Assembly (NCBI GenBank): GCA_963699585.1
Contig: CAVOUK010000003.1
Coordinates: 139,251 to 203,250, forward strand
Length of the DNA stretch: 64,000 nt
Reading direction: 5' to 3'
From: Thermodesulfovibrionia bacterium
GTDB taxonomy: Bacteria > Nitrospirota > Thermodesulfovibrionia > UBA6902
The position numbers were made by a program, and so were the translations under genes. Of this stretch, positions 45,802 through 57,590 are shown one piece after another. Below the pieces are notes generated by a model, which saw nothing but the letters and a program-made list of their open reading frames with translations, was not told the origin of the DNA and did not search any database. Numbering within the stretch: position 1 is the stretch's first letter; each line of letters begins with the position of its first letter.

Positions 45802-46803
45802 TTAATCTCTTAATCTTTTCTCGTAATAGGAGCACCGTTTACCCAACCGCCATCCCAGACCCTTCTGGATCGTGGCAGTAAAACCATTATCTTCTTTACT
45901 TCCTGCACCCAATCCGGTCCAATCAGCAGGCGCTGCCCCCTTGCCTTCATTAAACCGCAAATAAGCTGCCAAGGTAATACTGTTTCTACCGCAATTTCCG
46001 CTATCTGGAACCAAGTTCTGTATTCATACATGCCTGTATCAGTGTCTGTGTTCTTGCAGTAGTCCAGTACCTAACTTCATCAATAACGCCATTTAACGAT
46101 TCTGAAGTACTATAGTACATGGGACATCAGCAGAATCACAAACTGCGACTGCTATAGCACCACCTACCGCCAGAGTATCACCTCACATGACCCAGCACCT
46201 AAATCTCTCGGGGGCGCAGGTAAATTCAGCCATGGATCGTGAGCCAGTCGATGCACAGTTCTTAAATTCTCCATCTACATAAATATCTAAATGCGGTGTT
46301 TCCGCCATAACTGCTGGTGTGCAGCTTGATACTCGATGGATGAGAGTGTACAGCATTAACAAGCACGCCTGCAAGATGGTGCCATGTATTTGCAGCAAGT
46401 GAAACATTACTCTCAACAATAAAATCTGTGCTTGTACCTGCCTACCAGCCGTCTTATAGCAAATTTGGGCTCATTATCTTTAACCCACATCATAGTCGCC
46501 TTCAGTTGACATGACGTGAAAAAACAGTCCGTCAAGAGTGTCTGTTTTTCTTTTTACCCAAGCCTCAACAGTAACTTCTGACCCCTGCCTGTTAAGAAGT
46601 TCACTACTCACAACATAAATTACGCCTCCATCCACCATGGAGCTTGCGCTGAAGTCAACTGCAAATTGTCCGGAATCGGGATTAACAATTTTACTCTGCG
46701 GTCCCTTGCCGCAATTTATTAATATAAAACCCAAACATAACATTAAAATACCAATCAATAGAAATAACGGTAATTTTTTCTTAATCTTATAAAGCTGTTT
46801 CAT
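45802..46803 (-). pseudogene. LamG (concanavalin A-like lectin) domain lipoprotein, multiple frameshifts
   Basis: The N-terminal ORF 46480..46803 has signal/lipobox LINCG and VTVEAWVKRK. Downstream pieces in other frames read WVKDNEPKFAI, NTWHHLAGVLVNA, LDIYVDGEF, IDEVRYWTTARTQT and LAAYLRFNEGKG. There are at least four frame changes. Confidence 0.6.
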
Positions 46804-46915
46804 CTATCCTCCTAAAATTAAAAAAATTAAAAGCGAGATTATCGGAATGCTCGAAAATTATAAATTATTGGTTGTAAATCTGTCAATACTTTTAAGTTTT
46901 TTAAATTTATTTATT

Positions 46916-49201
46916 TAATGAATCTATAATTTTCCCTGCTGACTCGCCGTAACTTGAAGGGTCCAGTTCTGCTGCCTTTTTAATCTCTTTCAAAGCATTT
47001 GTTTCATCTCCAAGATTTAAGTACGCATTTGCCAGATCAAAATGAATCTTGGCACGATTAGGAGTTATGATAATCCACTTGATTTAAGTAATAAATGACT
47101 TTCTGAAAATCCTTTACTTCCTGATAGGCCTGCACAATGAAATAAAGTTCACTTGTCTCAAAGACGAGGTTTACCAGAAGCAATATCATCATTCGTTGCC
47201 CCCCTGATCTTCTTATTTCCTCCAGAGCATTCTTTACAATATCTTCTTTTTTCATAGAAATTGCCGCCAAAGCCAGTTTCAATTGTTTTTGATCATTATG
47301 AGGGTCGAGAGCCGCCATATTTTTTGCTATTTCAAACATCTTTTTATATTCTTTTTTTAGTTTGTATATATCTGCCAATGCATAATTAAGCCACTCGTAT
47401 CGGGGATTAATATTCATGCATCGCCTTAATAAGTGATTCAGCTTTAGAAATAAATGCAGGCTCATAAAAAGCAATTTTATTATACAAATTCTATCACCCT
47501 TGTTAGAGTATTCCAGGTTATAATAATTTTCCAATATTCCCTTTTCCATTTCATTTACTGTTGCTTCAAGAAATTCCAAAGCGCCTTCCTCAGAAAACAG
47601 TTCATAAGTAAGAATATAGTTCTTCGATATAGATTCCATACTTGCCCTGACATCATTATCACCAAATGTATTTAATGCTAAAGCATTTTTAAAGTCTTCA
47701 AGAAGAGTTGAAAACGACTTGTAATTTGAAACAGATTTGCTTATCTGAAAAGATCGTCTGGATTCATCTATAGGCCTGTAATTTGCGAAATAGAAAATTA
47801 GCAGAAAAAATTAATAATGCAAGCAGTGTCAAACTTAACGATTTTATCTTTGTTCTCTTTGTGTCTATTATTTACTTCTGATACCTGAACTTGCCTTGTT
47901 TCTTTCAGTTCCAATAACATCGATGTATGCCATTAAAGCAAAAAATATGAAATATGTATTGATGGTATCAAAAGTAAACAGATTTTGGATAAAGTAAACA
48001 AAAAGAGCAGTTACAATCGTAACCGCTTCTTTTTTCGAAAGCAGTTTTCCTATATATTTCTTCCGTATTGTATAGAACAGCAGATCCCAGGATCGCCATA
48101 TACGATAACAAACCAAGAATTCCCGCATTAATCAACCATTCTATAACAATATTGTGCGCACGATCTGTCCATACTTGTTCACCCTTAAAAGGTATCGGGT
48201 TTACCGTATATATTCCAATAAAATTTTCCTGTCCCCAACCCAATAAAGGTCTTTCTTTAATCCCGTTCCAAGCCATCTTCCATGAATCGAGTCGTGGCTT
48301 TAACAGAGTCATCTGAAAACATCGAAGCAAACCTGGAAAGAGTTATATCATGTTTAAAAGAATAATTGTTATTCGATGTTATATTAGTGACGGTAACAGC
48401 AACTAAAACAAATAATAACAGCCATTGTTATAGCCGTCTTGATTGATTTCCATTTTTGTGTTTTTACCGTTTGTGGAAAAATAAAACACACTCATAATTA
48501 TTAAGCCGATAAATCCTGACAATATCGCTCCTCTTGTAGCTGTTAAATAAATTACCACCGCATTAAGAAGGATGATAAAAATATAACAAGCTTTTAAGTA
48601 CTTTTTTTTAGTATTAAGGAAAGTGATAAATCCAATAAATATTGTAAGCAGCATGTAAGCAGCAAGAAAAGGCGGATTTCCGATAGTGCCGTAAATTCTC
48701 GTGTCATATTCCATCCAAAATTGCGTACCTTTGGATGCTGTAGGCAGACTTAGTGAAAAAAGACTGACAAGAAAACTGACTGCCAATATTGTGTTGAAAA
48801 ATAGCAACCAGTCTTTACGGGTTTGCAGTACACTTCTGATTATCATAAAATAGAGAGCCAAATGCAATATGGTTATATAACCTTCCATACGTTCATAGTT
48901 GGACCAAAAGCTTTTATACGGATTAACTCCCAATATGTCAGCCATACCCACAATAAAAGTAAATGTCAATATGGATATCACTATTGCTGAATTATCAGGC
49001 CGGTACTTCTTATTTAATGGTGATTAGCCCAATCCACAAGACAGCTGCAAGTTCAACAAGAATCCTGAAAGCAAAGTTTTTCCCTGTGATATACGGAAAA
49101 AGCATTGAAGTGGAAATATAAAGGGGCAGAAAAGGAATTAAAAATACAGGTATTTTAATACCCCATAGATAAATGTTTTCTATTTTATTAGATTGTAACA
49201 T
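46916..49201 (-). pseudogene. O-antigen ligase/polymerase-like (Wzy_C) membrane protein with C-terminal TPR repeats, many frameshifts
   Basis: Fragments are 49010..49201 (LFPYITGKNFAFRILVE), 48403..48981, 47968..48330 (GWGQENF...DRAHNIVIEWLINAGILG), 47868..48128, 47058..47639+ (TPR) and 46916..47060 (…AKIHFDLANAYLNLGDETNALKEIKKAAELDP). Treating them as one gene is an inference. Confidence 0.55.
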
Positions 49202-49387
49202 TAGAGAATATTAACTATCGAATACTGATAATAAGGTCCTCTGTTTCGTCATTCTACGGTAAACGAGGATCCGGACGTACAAGACATGGATTCCGGTCAA
49301 GCCCTAAATGGCGATACTAAATGAAGATTGACATGCATGCCATTTAAAAAGATAGATTACCATATCTGACAAATAAAGCTTACAGAT

Positions 49388-49547
49388 CTAAAATAGCGTA
49401 TATATAAATGGCGCTACCGCTGAACCCTCTGTAAAAATAATCAGTGCACCAAGCAATACAAGAAAAATTACAATCGGTGTTAACCACCATTTCTTCCGTT
49501 ACTTTTAAGAAATCCCAGAATTCTGACATAATTGCCAATTTACTCAT
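49388..49547 (-). pseudogene. DUF5989-like small membrane protein, one frameshift (absent from the ORF track)
   Basis: An AGGAGG RBS precedes MSKLAIMSEFWDFLKV. After skipping one nt near 49499 the frame reads RKKWWLTPIVIFLVLLGALIIFTEGSAVAPFIYTLF-stop. Confidence 0.55.
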
Positions 49548-49693
49548 TTATATATCCTCCTATCTGTCTTAAATTTACTATAAGCTTTCACTTGCTTTTA
49601 TAAATAATCATATTACTTTTATATAAGGATCCCTTATATTTCTGTATTAAAAATATCATTTATATCTAAAAAATTTAGCCACTTTTGCAATTA

Positions 49694-51111
49694 CTAAATA
49701 AATTTAATCTTTTTTAAAGCAAATAAGGTCATTTTCAACAGAAGCAATCCATGTGAAAAACGGCTAATCTGCGTTCTTCCATAGATCCTTTCACGATATC
49801 TTATGGGTATTTCAAGAATCCTCAGATTCAGTTTGGCTGCACCAAAAAGCAGGTCAAAATCACCAAATGGATCAAAATCACCAAAATATTTTCTTCCGGC
49901 AAGTATTTTTTCGTAATCTTCTTTCCATAATACTTTGGTTCCACAGAGCGTATCTTTTATACGCTGTTCGAGCAGATATGTAAATGCACTTGACTAAAAA
50001 ATTTATTTCCCAAGAAGATTTAAGAACCGCATTGCCTCTTTTTCCATCTGGTAAACCAGTCTCGATCCATTTATAAACTCTCCCTTACCTGAGACAATCG
50101 CATCAAAAAACTTGGGCAGATCTTCCGGAGGCACAGTGAGATCAGCATCAAGAATCATTAATACATCATTTTTTGCATGTGCAAAACCTTTTCTGACAGC
50201 ATCACCTTTACCTTTTCCGTCCTGAACCAGAACCTTAATGTCTCTTTGTGGATACTTAGCTTTTACCCTCTCGCATTCCTTAAGCGTATCATCTTGAGAA
50301 TGACCTTCAACAAATATTATTTCTGTATGTTTTCCCATATCAGGCGTTCTCAAAACAGCCTGCTCAATATTTCCTCTTTCATTACGGCAGGGAATTATAA
50401 CCGAACATGTTACTGCTCTCCGGAGCTTTTCTGCCTGTCTACGGGACGGGCAATAATAATCTCATTCAGGGAAAGTCTCCAGAAAAAAGGCATGTTTGCC
50501 AAAAACTTGTTTAAAAAAGGCGGAAACCAGAGGAATATATATCGGGAATAACAATCTATATCCTTTTTTTACTACCTCAAAATCATTTAAATACAGCAGG
50601 TTTGATATATCTTCCAAAGGCAGCCAGTGCTGCAAGGGGCTTTTCATTCTCAGACCGACAGCTTCAGCAAATTTGAGGACCGGTTCCCAAAGATAATTGT
50701 AATAAACAATTATTATGCGTGTTTCAGGTTTACAGACTTTATGCAATTCGCTTGAAAGCTAATTGAATATCATCGACATGACCTATTGTTTCAACGATAA
50801 CAACATAATCAAACTTTTCTTCTATCTGAAGGTTTTCAAGATCACCAACTTCAAACTGGAGATGAGGGAATTTTTTTTTTGCTATTTCAATCATGTTAGG
50901 ACTGATATCGATACCAAGTCCTCTGGCAGGGATTCAATGCGGCAAGTGTATCTCCTGTACCGCAACCGATTTCAAGAACAGATGAATCGGGAGGAATCAA
51001 GAAACGTAAATATTTCTCGAGTTCTCTGTAATAATAGGCCCCCCTTTTTCTCCACTTTTCCCTCTCTCCGGCAACAGAATCAAAATATTTTATTCTTTCA
51101 GTTTTTGTCAA
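49694..51111 (-). pseudogene. bifunctional class I SAM-methyltransferase / family 2 glycosyltransferase, multiple frameshifts
   Basis: Fragment 50896..51111 has VLEIGCGTGD, 50462..50746 is a linker, and 50003..50353 is the GT2 part (IIFVEGHSQDDT, ILDADLT). The C-terminus in other frames reads DTLCGTKVLWK...FGDFDPFGDFDLLFGAAKLNL...IRYRERIYGRTQISRF. A T10 run at 50871-50880 lies at one break. Confidence 0.75.
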
Positions 51112-51116
51112 TTATA

Positions 51117-52199
51117 CTAATTTGACAGTCTATGAACGAATTTACTGCAATACCAGTCATATGTTCTTTTAATCCCCTCTTCAAGCGTTATCTTTGCTTG
51201 CCATCCCAATTTTCTTGCTTTGCTTACATCAAGAAGTTTTCTCGGTGTTCCATCCGGTTTTGAAAGATCATGTCTTATCTCCCCTTCGTACCCGACTATC
51301 TTCTTTATAAGAACAGCAAGATCTTTTATCTTTATATCTTCTCCTGTTCCAATATTTATCAGTTCACCTATTTCCTTATGATCATAATTTTCCATAAGAA
51401 AAATACATGCATTAGCAAGATCATCAACATGCAAAAATTCTCTGTATACTTCACCGGCTCCCCAAGTGATCAACATAATCTTCGGTAATGCCAAGTTTCT
51501 CCAGTGCTTTCTTTATTGATTCTTCACTCTCAACGACTGATTTACTGTTCATGTCATAACCCAGCGGCACCCTTTGTATATCTCTTTTGTAATTGATCGA
51601 ACTCTTTATTTCGCAAAAGTTTTGCAAGATGGAATTTTCTTATAAGCGCAGGAAAAACATGAGAGGTTTCAAGGTTGAAATTATCATGAGGACCATATAG
51701 ATTTGTCGGCATGACTGATATGAAGTCGGTCCCATATTGTTCGTTATAATATCTGCAAAGTTTTAAAGCTGATATCTTTGCTATAGCATACGGTTCGTTT
51801 GTAGGTTCAAGACTTCCTGTAAGAAGAGCATCCTCTCTCATTGGTTGCGGTGCAAACTTGGGGTAAATACAGGAAGAGCCAAGATTAAGAAGTTTTTTTA
51901 CTCCATATTTATATGCATGAGTGAATAATATTTGCTGCTATCATAATATTGTCATAAATAAACTCTGCCTTATACGTATCATTTGCTAATATGCCCCCAA
52001 CTTTTGCAGCAGCCAGAAAAACATATTCCGGTTTTTCTCTTTGAAAAAAATTCTCAACTTCTGTCTGACGTGTAAGGTCAAGTTCAGAATGCGAGCGTGT
52101 AACAATATTGGTATATCCCTTAGATTGAAGCATACGCATTAATGAAGACCCTACCATTCCTCTATGGCCTGCTATATATATCTTTGAGTCTTTTTTCAT
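51117..52199 (-). pseudogene. fcl: GDP-L-fucose synthase, at least two frameshifts
   Basis: Fragments are 51909..52199 ([14 protein letters not shown]...[10 protein letters not shown]), 51554..51841 ([12 protein letters not shown]...) and 51117..51494 (WGAGEVYREFLHVDDLA...). Confidence 0.85.
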
Positions 52200-52245
52200 T
52201 GTAAATATAAGAATGGAATCATTGCGAGGTATTGATCTGTGATGC

Positions 52246-53383
52246 TTACAACATCGCTACCTGGTTAGTTGTCCAGTATATTCCCTTATCATGTAAAATC
52301 TTTTTGCCTTCGCCAGGAGGATTTATGCCTATCATTTCCATATCTGCATCAACCATAATTTTAACAAGTTCTTTAAAGGTAACCTTTGGCTCCCAACCAA
52401 GTTTATCACGTGCTTTTGAAACATCTGCAAGAAGGTAATCTACTTCTGCAGGTCTGAAATAATGGGAATCAATTTCAACTATGCTATCGCCAATTTTTAA
52501 GTTGGAGGTTATATCTTGATTAAGTGAACAAACACGCCCTTTTTCATATAATACCGTCACCTTCCCACTCAAGTTCAATCCCTGCATAATGAAAAGCATG
52601 CTCAACAAATTCCCTTACTGAATGACTTTCACCTGTGCCAATTACATAATCATCCGGTTTATCCTGCTGAAGCATCAACCATTGGCAGACTACATACTCA
52701 GGAGCAAATCCCCAGTCTCTCTTGGCTTCAAGATTGCCAAGATAAAGCTTTTTCTGTTTGCCTGATATTATATTCGCTATCGCCCTTGTAATCTTTCTGG
52801 TTACAAAGGTCTCACCTCTCCTCGGAGATTCATGGTTAAAGAGGATCCCGTTGCACGCAAATATGTTATATCCTTCCCTGTAATTAACAGTCATCCAGTA
52901 AGCATAAACTTTTGCTGCAGCGTAAGGACTTCTGGGATGAAAAGGTGTTTGTTCATTTTGAGGCGGCGGGGTAGAACCAAACATCTCAGATGACGATGCC
53001 TGATAAAATTTGGTCTTTATTCCGCTTCGTCTGATAGCCTCAAGAAGTCTTGTTGTCCCAATAGCTGTTATATCGCCTGTATATTCAGGCATATCAAAGC
53101 TTACCCTGACATGGCTCTGTGCTCCAAGATGATAAACTTCATCAGGCTGAATATTATAGATAATATTTGTTAGCTGTCCTGCGTCAGACAAGTCTCCATA
53201 GTGGAGAAACAGCTTTGCATTAGAGACATGCGGGTCTATGTAAAGATGATCTATCCTTTTTGTATTAAATGTACTTGCTCTTCTAATGAGCCCGTGTACT
53301 TCATATCCTTTAGATAAAAGCAATTCGGAAAGATATGAACCATCCTGTCCTGTAATTCCAGTAATTAAAGCTTTTTTTGTCAT
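52246..53383 (-). pseudogene. gmd: GDP-mannose 4,6-dehydratase, one frameshift
   Basis: Fragment 52544..53383 has [25 protein letters not shown] and [10 protein letters not shown]. Fragment 52246..52608 has [25 protein letters not shown]. The junction lies near 52570. Confidence 0.92.
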
Positions 53384-53529
53384 CTATATATAATATGCAA
53401 ATTAGATTTTTATTTTCAATTGGCATATGTATACTGAGTTTAGGAAGCTGTAACTGCACAGGGTTTCTGACATTTAATAAGTACATTAATTTATACTTTA
53501 TTTAAGCGGGTAAATTAACAAACTCAGAT

Positions 53530-55069
53530 TTAAGCATTCGCATAGATAACAGGGGTTTTCCATTTTCTCCGATTAACGAATATTTCGGAAAAAAAACGCA
53601 TATATCGTGTTGTTTCAACACCTTTTGAATAATAATTCCAAAAATTAATTACTAACTTCCATGGCCTGACAATAAAACTGACTAAATAAAAATTAATATA
53701 AAGCCAATTCATCCAGCGGTAAGTCTGTTTGGCCGTTAAAGATTCGGAAGTAAGAGACTTCCGTCGCTAGTAAAAAAACTGATAATGTTTTGCAGTTCTT
53801 CGAGTTGCTCACTTATTAAACCTTTCTTTAACAATGTGTCAAAATAAACCGAACCCGGATAAGGAGTAAATTTCGACACCGTGACATCATCCAGTCCCAT
53901 TAGTGCCAGTTTTCTCACGAATGATAGTGTTTGCCTCATCGTCTCTTTGTGTCTTCAGGAAAACCAATTACAATAAAGCGATCCCACTGTCATTTTTGTC
54001 TTTTTCACAGCTCTGACAGCGTTGAAAAATGTATCAAGTTTGATCTGCTTGTTAACGACCTTTCGGATAAGGTCAGAACCGGATTCAGGTGCAAAACTGA
54101 AGTTTTTGAGCCCTGATTTCTCCAGATGCAAATGCCAGTTCATCGTCGAAGACTTCACATCGTGTGCCGGCAGGCAGCTGGTATGAAATATTAAGATTTC
54201 TTTCGATGAGGTCTCTGCAAAAATCAAGCGTTTTGCGATGATTGACGATAAAAGTAGAATCAAAAAATGAGAAGCCGCTAACATTATATTTGTTTTTCAT
54301 GTGTTCCATTTCATCAACAATGGATTTTCCGTCTCTCATTATATAGCGTTTGGTCCACATATTTTCATTGGAACAGAACGTACATCCATATGGACACCCC
54401 CTGCTTCCCAGTATAGGGCATGGATCTGTCCAAGATTAATTCCGGCGACTTGCTGGTGTCCGAATATATTCTTCAATACACCAATTGTCCCAGTCCGGAT
54501 AAGGCAAGTTGTTGATATTCTGTATTCTTGGTCTCGGTTTATTCTGAATTAGAATTTATTTTCATCCCTGATATGCAATTCCTTCAATTTCATGCCATGA
54601 TTGATTACTTTAAATTTTATTTACTAATTCAAGAAAGGTCTCTTCTCCTTCCCCTTTAACAACAATATCAATAACTCCGGTTCTCGAGAACATGTTCAGT
54701 CATTGCGGTTGGATGTTCGCCACCGGCTACAAATATTGCATTCTGAATTTTTTTCGAATTTCCTTCGCATTCCTCAATACCAGCGGCCAACAATGTGAAA
54801 AAGAACATGTAAATCCGAAAATCAATGTGTTTTCAGGTATTCTATCAATTATCTGGGCAGACGTAAGTCCCTGGATCATTATCTGTGGGTTTTTTTCACT
54901 GGGACGTATTTGATTCAGGGCCTCACCGCACGCATCAATTGCTTTATAAGCAATGCCCATTTTTTTTGAGAAAGGCTCCTATATATGCAAGACCAAGAGG
55001 GGGAGCGGGTGTTTGTATCTGGATCCCTTTAACTAATTTCAGTCCTTGATGGTTAATTAAAGTTATCAT
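53530..55069 (-). pseudogene. B12-binding domain radical SAM protein, multiple frameshifts
   Basis: The N-terminus MITLINHQGLKLVKGIQIQTPAPPLGLAYIGAFLKK starts at ATG 55069. A break at the T8 run 54960-54967 leads to fragment 54727..54960. Further pieces are 54085..54360, 53955..54284, 53736..53939 (FTPYPGS) and 53530..53712. Confidence 0.7.
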
Positions 55070-55426
55070 TCCGGTAACTCAGCAATACAATATTTTTTTA
55101 TTCTTCAATGCTACGATTTTCAGATATTCTTCGAGTGATGTATTCATTTCCAATTGCGACAATATTTAGAACTTCTGGTGAAATCTTGTGTGATTTGTGA
55201 GCCTATTTTTTCTGCTGATAATGTCTTGTAAATTCACAAAGATTAATTTATATTAAATAATTTACTTGTGGATTGGTATCGGGATATTCCCCATACTGCA
55301 TCGGGCATACTACTATACAGAACTGTTTGATTCATCGTTTTGAAGAAAATCCCTGTGGAGATTATTGAGAGGTAAAGTGATACAGATTGAGAGGATACTC
55401 AAGAACTGAGGATACAATTATATCGC

Positions 55427-57298
55427 TTAATATATTTTTTTAATTCTATATATATAAATATAATTTTCATCTATATTATATTTTGCAGCTTCTATAAATT
55501 CATTATTTTTATTTTCTTTCAAATAAGATATAAAAGGATTGTCAATAAACTGGAGCCCATAAGGGAATAAAATATAAGATATTTTATTATCAATACAAAA
55601 AGCCTTGAGTTCTTCCGGCAAGAGATTTTTCTCCATGTCATCTACCCCGTACCAATAACTAATGATCTTATCTTTATCAATTCTATACTTGTCCCTGTAA
55701 AACAAATCAGGCTTGAAACGAAAAGACAATATTTTTTCTCCGTCTTTAATGTTATCCCTAACCCATTGCATAGCTCTATCGCCAGGGAAATATTGTGCCT
55801 TTACATCACGGTAAGTGATGAACCTGTCACTAAAAGATGGAACAGTGCAAAGGAAGATCAAATAAATTGTTAAAACTGTAAAAACCATTTTAAATGTATG
55901 CTTCCATTTTATTTTATGTTCAAGGCTTGATAAAAAAAGGGCCGTGAAAACCGCTATTGTTGGATAAAATGCCATGGAAAAACGATGAGCCAGGAAAGGA
56001 ATGTCCTGACTGGTATAAAAGAAATAAAAAGATAAAAAAAGAAATCCCCAATAAAAAGATAAAAGATTCCTTTTCAAAATTAATACGTAACAAATCGAAA
56101 GCGCAAACAGGAAGAAAATAATCCAGGACAATTGTGCAGGAATTGATAAAAGATAGGCTGTTACATTATCAAGTGAAGCAAATCTGGACAAGCTGATCCA
56201 TGCGTTGCGCCAGTTGAAAAATTTCCCGATTATTAACCACGGTATGATAGGAAATAAATTCAGGGATAGAATTTCTAACGGTCTTCTTGTAAGGTGCAGC
56301 TCCCTGTTCTTAACTCTGTAAAATACAAGATAAGCAGAACATATGAAAAACATCAGGAAGATATCTCTTTTATATAAAAACCCTGTGCCAAGAAAATAAG
56401 AAGACAACAACAGGTCTCTATTGTCCTGATAATATAGATATTTCAGGAAATAATAGGAAATTATAATTATAAAAAAAATAACTCCGGAGTGTAATTCGGC
56501 AAAGTGAGCATAATCAAATATAATCGGTGAAAATAAATATATAGATGCCCCGAGTAAGGCGGTTTTCTTGTCACTGAGCAGGTTGATTGTCCTGTAAAGA
56601 TAGATAGCACTTAAAATATAAAATAATAACTGACACAGTCTCGGCCCGATATAATTGATACCCAATACAAAATAGGAAAGCATATAAAGAAATTTTTGCA
56701 GAGGAGGGTCCCGAACAATTGTTATATTGAAAGGAAGATCACGTATTAGAATAAAATATAGTACAAGAAGACATAACCCGGACAATATATAAAAAGACTT
56801 CGTTAATATTCCTAAATTACAATCTGACGGCCTTTCATCGAAACCACAGGTGAACTTCTTTCTATAGACAGTTACTGTTAGAACAATTCCAATCCAGAAG
56901 GCATATTTCGCGGACTGATGCCAGAAAGCGCCAAAGTAATCATAAATCCACAAACCATTTTGAAGGTAAATGGCCTCATCGCCAACAAGATAAATGGGTG
57001 AAGAAAGAGGTGCACTATGAAAAATTACTGCAACTAAACAAATTATTAAAAGCCATGCATTATCCTTAATATGTTTTGAGAAGTTTTCAGGGTAGATGAT
57101 TACAGGCTTATCGATCGCAAGGGATGCAAACAGCCGGTTCATTATAAGTGACAATATAAAAAACAATATTATCAGCCCGAAAAACAGTAATCCTCTTGCG
57201 GTGACCGGAATGGGAAGGGCCCACGACGGATGAACCAGGTACATAGAGCCCCAGGTAAGAGAAAAAAGTAAATTATATTGATTGGTATATATTTTCAC
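55427..57298 (-). CDS. large polytopic GT-C-type (ArnT/PMT family 39-like) glycosyltransferase
   Basis: 623 aa and intact, with more than 10 TM segments, an early periplasmic-loop motif VGDEAIY and a soluble C-terminal domain. The family call rests on architecture. Confidence 0.6.
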   Translation of the reverse strand: MKIYTNQYNLLFSLTWGSMYLVHPSWALPIPVTARGLLFFGLIILFFILSLIMNRLFASLAIDKPVIIYPENFSKHIKDNAWLLIICLVAVIFHSAPLSSPIYLVGDEAIYLQNGLWIYDYFGAFWHQSAKYAFWIGIVLTVTVYRKKFTCGFDERPSDCNLGILTKSFYILSGLCLLVLYFILIRDLPFNITIVRDPPLQKFLYMLSYFVLGINYIGPRLCQLLFYILSAIYLYRTINLLSDKKTALLGASIYLFSPIIFDYAHFAELHSGVIFFIIIISYYFLKYLYYQDNRDLLLSSYFLGTGFLYKRDIFLMFFICSAYLVFYRVKNRELHLTRRPLEILSLNLFPIIPWLIIGKFFNWRNAWISLSRFASLDNVTAYLLSIPAQLSWIIFFLFALSICYVLILKRNLLSFYWGFLFLSFYFFYTSQDIPFLAHRFSMAFYPTIAVFTALFLSSLEHKIKWKHTFKMVFTVLTIYLIFLCTVPSFSDRFITYRDVKAQYFPGDRAMQWVRDNIKDGEKILSFRFKPDLFYRDKYRIDKDKIISYWYGVDDMEKNLLPEELKAFCIDNKISYILFPYGLQFIDNPFISYLKENKNNEFIEAAKYNIDENYIYIYRIKKIY

Positions 57299-57536
57299 TG
57301 GTTAGGAACAAATTTATTTTCGAGAAAATAGATGGCAAATAATTTAGCGTACCGATGAGTGTCTTCTTTTTTATGATTGCTATAGATTTGTGAACATATC
57401 TCTATATGCCAACAGGGACGGCAACAGGTCGGCACATAATATATTTATAATACCCTAAGAATGCAGAAAAATTCATTATCCTGGAATGAAATACGATTAT
57501 TGTTCAATTTAGATATGCCTATTAGATTAGGAATAG

Positions 57537-57566
57537 AAAAAAAAGGGCTCGGTAATCCAAGCCCTT
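57537..57566 (-). terminator. intrinsic terminator after the secreted repeat protein gene
   Basis: The minus strand has GGGCTTGG-ATTA-CCGAGCCC followed by T8. Confidence 0.7.
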
Positions 57567-57590
57567 CTATACTTCCATTCTATAAGAAAT

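Noticed and set aside
53390-53419. TTGAAA-N18-TATTAT sigma70-like promoter on the minus strand upstream of gmd
   Set aside because: The -10 lies only about 7 nt from the ATG, leaving no room for a leader or RBS. It is probably a chance match in AT-rich DNA.
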